The notes beneath the pieces were generated by a model. That model did no database searches. It saw only the letters and a program-made list of their open reading frames with translations, and was not told where the DNA came from. Positions 40,801 through 48,576 of a stretch of 64,000 nucleotides of DNA are shown here, piece by piece. This stretch comes from a virus (taxonomy: Duplodnaviria > Caudoviricetes). Within the stretch, counting starts at the first letter, position 1. Each line of letters begins with the position of its first letter. A program made the position numbers and the translations under genes. The stretch lies in IMG/VR virus record IMGVR_UViG_3300028591_000082. One strand, given 5' to 3'.

Positions 40801-40961
40801 CAAGATTCACAGTTACTTGCGACTCTACAAATAACACACCTGAAAGCTTGCAGCAGGATATTATTAATGCTTACATTTCTTGTGTTCCAGTTGGAACTAT
40901 CGAGCAAATTAACATTGATTGTGCCCTCGACAAGAATAACGAAACTGTTTCTGTTGCATAA
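37830..40961 (+). CDS. Contractile tail sheath protein
   Basis: SPGIYVNEID, G.A.KGP...PT, YWPW, PW.APAG, RINP, GEKT, V.TRR. Confidence 0.95.
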   Translation: MATKSPGIYVNEIDNTTYTNVSTTTGTNVCVIGYARKGPVGVPTEIYSYNSFIKTFGYPIKGTYSAMAVRNILSAGGGVLYIRIGDENSLSSSKYVVKNAVPFRYGRTLFKRTNNITKGTAGYKTASNYVFDIKNTAGNRKTIFLRSPDGMWTMSKIYEQISKQMGATEGWKEIKAGSEVISKSGLFSYNFKVNDIKVSANPYYIVLSAGATTTVETLAKRLNKALETGSNATFELDIFGSVAAPVGAIDGFDNYEYKTVIVKDSDLAFNVEDENGKSIYVGYMEQIGTDDSTKRVTPISISFAPGSYTYANVVDALNTKLRESGVYVYFKEGKTNVPSKFVFVSTITDAGFKFGLQTAVTDAPGSYEAIKDLFVTAEDGEVFQNVFGLEGERDGSISLVVNKDPEPEMVGQKVDNFYVEASGNSLFLRTVATGNGQSVGTWDYEGEYGDYLFDGFTEVSSVEGTDAISLSVLKEGNIFFYDLADINPPAILETDTTSYIFDDPTSAAENFNNVIPLLGGIETINGNTKISAINRDMVVFSSKEKGTGTADLSVVVKTFVSPLYKESVYVSAIEELQGNLYNEREQLATLQAQLAEETNKPVSQQDPTRIDSLNASIARSTEAVTQYTELIEHKEKEMEEAKAANTSHSILVYQGNTQVESFENVSYDTTSNECFDRIMNETTENGGSAYIEVEIVKNDFDTNIVEIKDGRYYLGKANQDTDVEKTESMLDDDYNLYDYAIGSDGIVEDPSDLFLDQLDKDNSLIMNKDLYDFHILITPDCNEAMEVQDAAFACCEERGDAIYIMDPPIGLSKQAVIDWHNGRGFGRSNGPDNTYVATYWPWGKTFDSYSQSYVWTMPSVFMAAQYCKVDKAVGPWQAPAGDLYGAVSIVDIETPTTRQDRDELYTEANRINPFIKYGDGTIVCYGEKTMQRKNSTLTKVHTRRMMIQIKKDLRAALSSYIFMPSTDMNLSDINATINTIMQKYKTVGGISRFTVTCDSTNNTPESLQQDIINAYISCVPVGTIEQINIDCALDKNNETVSVA

Positions 40962-40979
40962 CAGATAGTTTATAACAAT

Positions 40980-41011
40980 AAAAAAGGCTAACCAATTGGT
41001 TAGCCTTTTTT
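40980..41011. terminator. Bidirectional terminator
   Basis: AAAAAAGGCTAACCAATTGGTTAGCCTTTTTT. Confidence 0.85.
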
Positions 41012-41061
41012 ATTTATTAGGTATTGCGGTGGTGAATCCACTACACTTTTTGTTTTAATAC

Positions 41062-41649
41062 CTACTGTGTCTTATACTCTCCTGTTTTGTCATTAACTCC
41101 AGAGCCACCTCTTATTGCAAGGATATCAGAGTTATGGTTATTAAGGAACATTGATCTATCAAGAACTCTTGAAGAGTTTCTATCAACTTTTGCTGCTGCT
41201 GATGAAGCTGCTTGTGCAGATGCTGGGTCTGCCGCAATAGCCATTGCTTCAACTTCTGGATCATTACCTTTATTAAAGTTAGAACCATTTTCACGAACAT
41301 TTGCTTCTGCACTATAAACAGATTTATCTTCAATGTTTGAACCAACAAAAGCTGTTCCGTCTATTGTTTTTAGTCTAGCACCCATTACATTATTAATTAA
41401 TCCAACTCTATCCATATGAGTTCTTATAGAAGAACTTGTGGCATAATCAGAACCAAATACAGTTCCTTCATTTGCTACCCATTCTTTTTTTCCTTCATCA
41501 AAAACATAAGTTGTATTTTTGTATGTGTTATATGCTTCGTTTTCGTTTTGCCTTCTGTTTGATTCAACATTATCAAGATTAGTTCCTGCAAAAACGTTTA
41601 TGTCTACTGTTGTATCTGGTTTCCAGGTTTTATTTAAATTTCCTGCCAT
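41062..41649 (-). CDS. Hypothetical late protein
   Basis: AAGTTAAT plus AAGGAG before ATG 41649. Confidence 0.6.
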   Translation of the reverse strand: MAGNLNKTWKPDTTVDINVFAGTNLDNVESNRRQNENEAYNTYKNTTYVFDEGKKEWVANEGTVFGSDYATSSSIRTHMDRVGLINNVMGARLKTIDGTAFVGSNIEDKSVYSAEANVRENGSNFNKGNDPEVEAMAIAADPASAQAASSAAAKVDRNSSRVLDRSMFLNNHNSDILAIRGGSGVNDKTGEYKTQ

Positions 41650-41722
41650 AAAAAAAGTCTCCTTATCGTAAATTAACTTTACAATAAGGAGACTCAAGGG
41701 AGGCTATAATATATGAAATCTT

Positions 41723-42706
41723 TTAATCATATAGTTCTTCATAATCATTTGCATAGTAGTAACCTTTTTGACTACCTGCTGGTTTTACTTCATCTTTTTT
41801 TTTACCACCATAATTGTTTCCGTAGTTTCCACCACCATATGCTCCGTAGCCATTCCAAGAACCACCATATAAATCATCGTCATATGAATTTCCGCCGTAC
41901 TTGTTATAACCACCATATGCTGGGTAAGTTGTTGGTTTCTTTTCTTCGAATGGAATTGTGCGATCCAAATTTTTTATCAAATCGCATACATAGTCAAATG
42001 TATTCAGCATTTCAGAAATTACAACATATTCTGTTTTTGTATGTGGGTTGTAATATCCAACACTTAAATTTGCAGCATTCATATAATCTGCAAATGTTGC
42101 AGTATCACTCATTCCGCCGCGAACTGAAACAAAACCATATTTCAAACCAATTTTTTCAAGAGCTTCGTCAAAAGTTTTACTTCCAAAGCTATTTTTTTCA
42201 CAGATGATATCTCCACCGTTCTTTCTGTCAAGAACTATACAATATGGAGCTTTCTTAAATCCATCTGTATCTTTTATATTGTTTACAATTGTCTTGATTC
42301 CAGTTGCAACACTATGTTCTTCTCCAGTCGAGAAAACAAAGTTTATGTTTTTGTTTACTTTCAACATATAAAGTAAAATCAAGAAAATTCCGATTTTGTC
42401 GTCTGCTCCAATATTTCCATTTCCTTTAAGAATTTTTTCTCCATCAAGATCATAAATATCTATGAACTCAACAAGACTTCCACAAAGAGCATCACCAACG
42501 CAATCTTGATGTGCACAAAGAATTGGCTCTCCAGGATATTTCATGGAATATATATTGTTATATTGATCCATTACAAAATCTATTCCATTCTTTTCAAGAA
42601 AGTTCGCAAGAAACAAACTTAATGATGCTTCTCCATTCGTTGGAGAATAAATATGAAAAATATCTAATAAAAGTTCTTTTTCGTCAGCTTCTAAAAATTC
42701 TTTCAT
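41723..42706 (-). CDS. M20/M28-family Zn peptidase with Gly/Tyr-rich tail
   Basis: AHQD, GADDKIG, GEE, LDR, SD, NLSVGYYNPHT. Confidence 0.85.
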   Translation of the reverse strand: MKEFLEADEKELLLDIFHIYSPTNGEASLSLFLANFLEKNGIDFVMDQYNNIYSMKYPGEPILCAHQDCVGDALCGSLVEFIDIYDLDGEKILKGNGNIGADDKIGIFLILLYMLKVNKNINFVFSTGEEHSVATGIKTIVNNIKDTDGFKKAPYCIVLDRKNGGDIICEKNSFGSKTFDEALEKIGLKYGFVSVRGGMSDTATFADYMNAANLSVGYYNPHTKTEYVVISEMLNTFDYVCDLIKNLDRTIPFEEKKPTTYPAYGGYNKYGGNSYDDDLYGGSWNGYGAYGGGNYGNNYGGKKKDEVKPAGSQKGYYYANDYEELYD

Positions 42707-44014
42707 CTATTCTAATCCTTCCTTTTTTGTATATTCACCTCTAACATCATCCCAAATTATAGAATCATCTGCAAGCTCTATATCACCTTCCTTTAATAAA
42801 AGATGTTTGGAATATGTATAAGTGTTTTTTCTTTTTTTGTCATAAATTAAATATCTTCCAAAAGCATCAAGATATTTACTTCGGCAGAATTTACAAGTAT
42901 GCATTCTTGTTTTCAGAAAAACTGTTCCACAAACAGGGCATATGTTATCTTCTTCCGTTAAACAATCATCACAAACATATTGATTATTTGTATCTATTTT
43001 ACAACTTTTTAATTGTCCGCACCTCACACAAGTTTCTTTGTGTGTTGGCAAACAACTTTTACAATAATTTATATTATTGATTGTTTTAATTATTCCATAC
43101 TCACTAAAGCAAACGTCACAATGTTTCTTTACTCTGTTTTGTTCGCTTCCGAAATAAAAATAATCATCAAAGAATAAGATCTCTCCATCGACTATTACTT
43201 TTGCTTCATATCTATCATAACCACATCCAGTAGCAAATCCGTAACTAGAACCAACTTTTATTATTTTTCCTTTGTCTATATAAGGGAATACAAATGCTCC
43301 TTTATCATTAGGAACAATATCAAAATAATATTTTGATCTTACTTCAGTTTCGGGTGCATTTAATGTAATTCCACTTTTTGAAAAAACAAAATTTGTTCTT
43401 GTTGGATAATACAAAGTTGTATATAATTTTCCGTCAGTTCCAACAAACCCAAAACTTCTTGAAAGCATTCTATAGCTTTTAAGTTCTTTATATTCTTTTT
43501 GCTTTAAGTCTGTAATAAATACTACAAACATTCCTTTGTTAAACAAAGTTCCAAATACTGTTCTTTTGTAATCGCCATCTACAAGGTTTATACAAGAAGT
43601 CCAATTATTTAAAGTTGAAGCAAGAAGAAAATCGTTATAGTTAAGCGATAAACAGAAATACAAATCTTCGTCAGGAAATTTGTAAGTTCCTATTTCTTCT
43701 GAAATCTGCTTTAGTTTTTCTTTTCCGTACTTTTTTAAATATTTTTTGTCTTGAAATAAATATTTAAATAACTTAAAAGATTGTTTTCCAATTGTAATTT
43801 TATTTTCTCTAAAATCTTTATAAGATATTTCAATATCGAAGTATTTTTTAAATAGAATAAAACCATGATCTATTTTTTCAAGATCATCGTTGGTAAGCTC
43901 AATGAACACTCTTTGTTCTTTCTCTTTTGCTATAAATAAAAGCTCATCGGCAAAATCTTTTTTGATTAAGTAATTTAAACATTCAGAATATTCGAATTCC
44001 TCGAATACTCCCAA
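42707..44014 (-). CDS. Hypothetical protein with C-terminal Zn ribbons (paralog of 46082..47737)
   Basis: LSLNYNDFLLAS...WTSCINL; multiple CxxC. Confidence 0.65.
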   Translation of the reverse strand: MGVFEEFEYSECLNYLIKKDFADELLFIAKEKEQRVFIELTNDDLEKIDHGFILFKKYFDIEISYKDFRENKITIGKQSFKLFKYLFQDKKYLKKYGKEKLKQISEEIGTYKFPDEDLYFCLSLNYNDFLLASTLNNWTSCINLVDGDYKRTVFGTLFNKGMFVVFITDLKQKEYKELKSYRMLSRSFGFVGTDGKLYTTLYYPTRTNFVFSKSGITLNAPETEVRSKYYFDIVPNDKGAFVFPYIDKGKIIKVGSSYGFATGCGYDRYEAKVIVDGEILFFDDYFYFGSEQNRVKKHCDVCFSEYGIIKTINNINYCKSCLPTHKETCVRCGQLKSCKIDTNNQYVCDDCLTEEDNICPVCGTVFLKTRMHTCKFCRSKYLDAFGRYLIYDKKRKNTYTYSKHLLLKEGDIELADDSIIWDDVRGEYTKKEGLE

Positions 44015-44017
44015 TGA

Positions 44018-44530
44018 CTACTCTAACGCAAAAGAGAAAGTGTTTATATTTTCTGTAGCGGCCTTCCACAAATCTGCGGCAGGATACCACATTGGTCTGA
44101 GCATAACCAATTTTTCCCCTTTGTTCCTTAAGTATTCGTTGTAATCAATTTTTCCACTTACGATAGGTTTACAACATTTTATGAAAGTTGTGTTGGCTTT
44201 TTCAAATAATTTTTCAATATCTTTATAACTGAAAAAATTATCATTACAACATATATCGTAAACATATAAAACTTCGTCTTTCAAAAGATTGTCCATTATA
44301 CAATGAAGACTTAATTTCGGAAAACCAAGTTTTTTGATTTTCAAAAGATCTTCATAATGCTTATTGAAAAAATTGTTTTTAGGCAAGATACAAGATTTTT
44401 CGTCAAGTTTAATGTCTACAATTTTTTCTTCAAAAGATACCGTAACTGATGTTTTGCCAGTAATATCTACCATTCTTACATCAATTGGATATCTGTTAAG
44501 CTTACTTGGTGAAAGTTTAATATTTTCCAT
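44018..44530 (-). CDS. Hypothetical protein
   Basis: ORF with sigma70 promoter. Confidence 0.55.
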   Translation of the reverse strand: MENIKLSPSKLNRYPIDVRMVDITGKTSVTVSFEEKIVDIKLDEKSCILPKNNFFNKHYEDLLKIKKLGFPKLSLHCIMDNLLKDEVLYVYDICCNDNFFSYKDIEKLFEKANTTFIKCCKPIVSGKIDYNEYLRNKGEKLVMLRPMWYPAADLWKAATENINTFSFALE

Positions 44531-44634
44531 TTTTTTTCCTTATGTATATATTATACAATTTTTTAGTAATTTTGTCAATTAAATTTCTTTTTTAATTGTC
44601 AAGTTTTTTACTTATTCACTTAAAAGTTAATTGT

Positions 44635-45057
44635 ATGACACTCAATGAAATTTTAAGTGAAGAAGTAAAACTACCTGAAGAACTTCTAGACGAAGCAAAA
44701 CATGTAAGACCTGATGATTATAATAGAGAGTGGGTAAAAGGTAAAAATGGCGAAAAAGGTCATTGGCTTCCGAAACAAAGGGAAGTTATGGGACTTTCAC
44801 CAAGTGATCCAAGAGTAGTACATCATAAAAATGGGGACAAACACGATAATAGAAAATCTAATCTGCAGGTTGTTTCAAGAGCAGAGCATTGTAAGATAGA
44901 CCCTAATGCATTACAATATACTGACTGTAAAATTCCAGGATGTAAGAACCCTCATTATTCTCACCACTTGTGTAAAATGCATTATATGCGAGCTTTCCGA
45001 AAAGGTAAATTTGGAAAGTACGACAAATCAAAAAATTATTCAAAGAAAGATAGATAA
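44635..45057 (+). CDS. HNH endonuclease with C-terminal Zn finger
   Basis: VVHHKNGDKHDNRKSNL...EH; CKIPGC...LCKMHY. Confidence 0.85.
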   Translation: MTLNEILSEEVKLPEELLDEAKHVRPDDYNREWVKGKNGEKGHWLPKQREVMGLSPSDPRVVHHKNGDKHDNRKSNLQVVSRAEHCKIDPNALQYTDCKIPGCKNPHYSHHLCKMHYMRAFRKGKFGKYDKSKNYSKKDR

Positions 45058-45063
45058 TATAAC

Positions 45064-45088
45064 AAAAGGCTGGACTTACCAGCCTTTT
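45064..45088. terminator. Bidirectional terminator
   Basis: AAAAGGCTGG-actta-CCAGCCTTTT. Confidence 0.75.
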
Positions 45089-45104
45089 GTTTTAAAGAGA
45101 AGCG

Positions 45105-45536
45105 TTAAGCTTTCTTAGCTTCGTCAGCGATAGGAGCGTTTACATCTCCTTTTGTTTCCTCAACTGCTGAACCACGAGCAACAGCTGTCTTAGGAAGAAC
45201 AATGCGAACTACACCGTTTTCTGCTTTCCAGCGAAGAGCATCGAAGTCGAAGTCTCCAGAGTTAAGACGAACAAAGTCATCGCTTGTGATAGTTACCTTG
45301 AATGTCTCGTCGATTGCGCCCTCGTAAGCCAACTTTGAAACCTTTTCAGGATTGTCTGGGTCTTTTGAGAACTTGTGAACGCCGTTTACGATAATCTTTG
45401 CAGTTTCACCTCCGTCTGTGAAGGCTACTTTTACTCCGAATTCGCTGTAGCCAGGAGCTACAACATCAAAAACAGCACGAGAGTCTGTGTATGAACGATA
45501 AACTTTTGCTGAACCGAAATCAATCACTTTAACCAT
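45105..45536 (-). CDS. Divergent Hsp20/alpha-crystallin protein
   Basis: FDVVAPGY...V.V...ENGVVRIVLPK. Confidence 0.55.
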   Translation of the reverse strand: MVKVIDFGSAKVYRSYTDSRAVFDVVAPGYSEFGVKVAFTDGGETAKIIVNGVHKFSKDPDNPEKVSKLAYEGAIDETFKVTITSDDFVRLNSGDFDFDALRWKAENGVVRIVLPKTAVARGSAVEETKGDVNAPIADEAKKA

Positions 45537-45702
45537 ATATTTTTTTCTCCTTTTCTATATTATAACATTTTTTAAATAATTTGTCAATTAAACAAATAAC
45601 CAAACTTTTTTAAATAAAAACTTTTTTAAATCACTATTTATAAAATAAGGACTTTTCAATCCGAGCCTAAGGAAGTTGAAAACTCGGAAAGAATCGTCCT
45701 AA

Positions 45703-46098
45703 TTACCGAGCTTTCAATACAGCAATTCTTTTCTTCAATTTCCTCTTCATTAAGAATGGGAAAAATTTTATTTTTTTGCTGCAAATCTCTAAGCCTATTT
45801 TTTCAGCCTCTTCAAATGAAGAAGCAGAAAAAATAATTTCAATTGTTCTTGAGTTTTTTGTTTTTCTTTTCCTTATGAAAGAACCATTTGAAATTTTATA
45901 ATCGCCAATATTTTCTTTTTCTTTAGAAACTTGGCTTTCATAATAATTTTTGTCGATCTGTTTTAATGGTATAAGACTATAATCAATCTTGATTTTGGGT
46001 ACGAAAACACTTACGCATCCAAAATCTTGATATTCATATTGATCTTCCATTTTATAAACATTTATAAAAAGTTTATAAATGTTAGATGATAGCTCCAT
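45703..46098 (-). CDS. Hypothetical protein
   Basis: ORF overlapping upstream gene end. Confidence 0.5.
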   Translation of the reverse strand: MELSSNIYKLFINVYKMEDQYEYQDFGCVSVFVPKIKIDYSLIPLKQIDKNYYESQVSKEKENIGDYKISNGSFIRKRKTKNSRTIEIIFSASSFEEAEKIGLEICSKKIKFFPFLMKRKLKKRIAVLKAR

Positions 46099-47737
46099 TT
46101 CTGTACCTCATTATTATAGGTGAAATGTTTGCTCCCATATGATCTTCGCAGTTGTCGAATTCAAAGTTTGGATTTTCCTGAATCAAAATTCTATTATTCT
46201 CTTTGTCGAGAACCATATAAGCATTTTCTTTCAAGATAACCTTTCCGTTTGAACATCTTATATATTTTGATGATGGTTTGTTTATACAAGAGTTACAAAC
46301 TCTCTTACCATCTACTGTAACTGCATCTTCATCGTATGTACCACAAATGCTACAAATGTGTTGTCTAGCATACTCGTCACAACGAGGACAGAAATCCATT
46401 CTGTCTCCGTTTCTGTTGAAGATAAGAGCTTTCTTAGGTTTAGAAAAATCTTCCCAATATTCATTTCCACATCTTGAACATCTCTTTCTGTGATCTTCGA
46501 AACAATCATAACAATAGAAATCATTATCTCTGAAGAAACCAGCTTTTTCTTCTGAACCACAGATATTACATCTGTATGTAGTAAACATTTTAGAAAGACT
46601 TAAGCCAGTTTTAAGCCATCTTGAATAGATAAACTTAAGAGCACTTGGAGGATTCAAATTGTAAGTACTGTCACCTGTTTCGTCAAACCTTGTTCCGCGT
46701 TTTGTGAAAACCTGCTGACCGTCTTTACCATTTCCTTCGTGAATAATCATTCCTGATTCTTTATCGAATTTCCAATGACCAAGGTCATTATAAACAGAAA
46801 TAATAGCACCAGTCTTTGTTGAAATTGGTTCAATAGGATACAAACCTCTTCTGAAGTTTTCTCCACTACGGAACATTTTGAGATTAAGAGCAATATTTAA
46901 TGCTTCTGCATTAAATATTTCGTTTGGATACCATTTACAGATATCAACTCTCTTATCTGTATCAAGGAAAGCCCAAGTTCTTGCAAGAACTGATTCTACC
47001 TTAATACCTTCCCATTCCTTCATTTCACCTCTTGTGAGATAAACAAAACATCTGTTTTTATCTGTGTTAAGGAATGGAAGACCAAGAGAGAATCTGTATC
47101 CACTACCACCTCTTATATCATTCAAATTGAAACAAGAGCTGAAGTGAGATTCAGATGTAGAAGCCAAGAACCAATCACAAGGGTTGAAACTGATTACCAA
47201 AGAAAGACCATTTTTTGAAGGTCTTTTCTTTTCACCAATTTTTTCATAAGCCTTTGTGATGTATTTGTTAATATAATCAAGCTTCTTTTCGTCGCTTAAT
47301 CGACTGCCAGTTTCATAAGGCAAATCATGCTCGCCAGCCTCGCGGCAGAAATAATCGTAATGTTCTAAGTACCACTTTTCAAAAACCTTTTTGATTTTTG
47401 TAATATTCTTGTTGTAAACAATTTTGTTATTCAAGAAATCTTCATAGGAAACAGAAATCTGTTCCAAAGGTCTTTTGAAATATCTTGTAAAAAGTCTGTA
47501 GCTTTCGTCAAATTCTTTGATTGCTTTTGAGAGCATTGGATTTTTGAAATCTACAGGAATTCTGTATCTTTGGTTTTCATACTTGAAAGCCTTAAGATAC
47601 TCCTGATATTCAGGAGCAGGTTGCCATTCGTCTGTGGTTCTTACCTTAATAAAATCCATAGACTTTTCGTCGAGATCCCAAATTTTACTAACAATTTCGA
47701 GATATCTTTTACGGTTAGATTCGTCTAATTCTGTCAT
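46082..47737 (-). CDS. Hypothetical protein with C-terminal Zn ribbons (paralog of 42707..44014)
   Basis: ISFNPCDWFLAS....SSCFNL; multiple CxxC. Confidence 0.65.
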   Translation of the reverse strand: MTELDESNRKRYLEIVSKIWDLDEKSMDFIKVRTTDEWQPAPEYQEYLKAFKYENQRYRIPVDFKNPMLSKAIKEFDESYRLFTRYFKRPLEQISVSYEDFLNNKIVYNKNITKIKKVFEKWYLEHYDYFCREAGEHDLPYETGSRLSDEKKLDYINKYITKAYEKIGEKKRPSKNGLSLVISFNPCDWFLASTSESHFSSCFNLNDIRGGSGYRFSLGLPFLNTDKNRCFVYLTRGEMKEWEGIKVESVLARTWAFLDTDKRVDICKWYPNEIFNAEALNIALNLKMFRSGENFRRGLYPIEPISTKTGAIISVYNDLGHWKFDKESGMIIHEGNGKDGQQVFTKRGTRFDETGDSTYNLNPPSALKFIYSRWLKTGLSLSKMFTTYRCNICGSEEKAGFFRDNDFYCYDCFEDHRKRCSRCGNEYWEDFSKPKKALIFNRNGDRMDFCPRCDEYARQHICSICGTYDEDAVTVDGKRVCNSCINKPSSKYIRCSNGKVILKENAYMVLDKENNRILIQENPNFEFDNCEDHMGANISPIIMRYRNGAII

Positions 47738-47760
47738 AACTATTTTACTTCCTTATGTAT

Positions 47761-47796
47761 ATTATATAACAAAAATACTAATTTAACAGGGTGCAA
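47761..47796 (-). promoter_or_regulatory. TTGCACCCTG-N20-TATAAT promoter (copy 2)
   Basis: Same geometry as other copies. Confidence 0.7.
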
Positions 47797-47837
47797 AAAA
47801 TCTTATTGTTGAGAATAATTTTTTTTTGAAAAGATTA

Positions 47838-48413
47838 TTAAAGTTTTATGTCTGGAAATCTTTTTAACCAAAATGAAGATTTTGAATTAAATATTCCAGT
47901 CGAGAAAACGATATCAATAAATTCTTTTATGAATTCTTTATTAACCATATTCCATTGAATACTATTGTTCATAAGATAACTGACAATTTCTTCTTTATAG
48001 TTAGAATGAATATCTTGGTCTTTTCCAGTTAAAAACTTATTGATATCATTTTTCTTTATGTTCTTTTCTATAAGTTTTGATAATCTTAAATTTAATTGAA
48101 TTAAATCATTAAATTTAGATGTATTTGACAAAGCATGAACTAATTCATGCAAAAGATATATTACTGCTTGATCTGTAGGAATATCATAAATCTTATCGCT
48201 TATATAGATTTCAGTTCCTTTTGTGTAAGCCATTATATTTGAAGTTTTTTCGAATTCTTTTATTTTAATATTTTTATCAAATACTCTATCTATTTTTTCA
48301 AGATAAGCATCTGAATATACCGAAGATAAACGATTTCTAAAAAGTTTGTTGAGAGATTTGCTTCTTGTATTGAATTTTAACTCTTCGTTAAGATAGGCTT
48401 CATAGAACTTCAT
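47838..48413 (-). CDS. HExxH zinc metalloprotease-like protein
   Basis: AYT...IYI...LLHELVHA...EE; MKFYEAYLNEE N-terminus. Confidence 0.7.
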   Translation of the reverse strand: MKFYEAYLNEELKFNTRSKSLNKLFRNRLSSVYSDAYLEKIDRVFDKNIKIKEFEKTSNIMAYTKGTEIYISDKIYDIPTDQAVIYLLHELVHALSNTSKFNDLIQLNLRLSKLIEKNIKKNDINKFLTGKDQDIHSNYKEEIVSYLMNNSIQWNMVNKEFIKEFIDIVFSTGIFNSKSSFWLKRFPDIKL

Positions 48414-48429
48414 AATATTATCTTTGCCA

Positions 48430-48563
48430 GCAGAATAGGTTTAAATCTAACTCCCAATAGTTGTTTTTTGGAACTGCCTCGGATCACATGGTCGCAATGA
48501 CGGTACATCCGAAAATCCCTGAAACAAAGGTCTATAGTTGTTAAATACAAACGCTATTTCTGC
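48430..48563 (-). ncRNA. Candidate structured RNA (long imperfect hairpin)
   Basis: Nested complementary segments in a GC-enriched intergenic region. Confidence 0.4.
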
Positions 48564-48576
48564 GGACTTAATAATT

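Noticed and set aside
48430-48563. tRNA, SRP, hammerhead or c-di-GMP riboswitch
   Set aside because: No cloverleaf/TTCGA, SRP loop, hammerhead core or riboswitch consensus could be placed; kept only as an unassigned hairpin.
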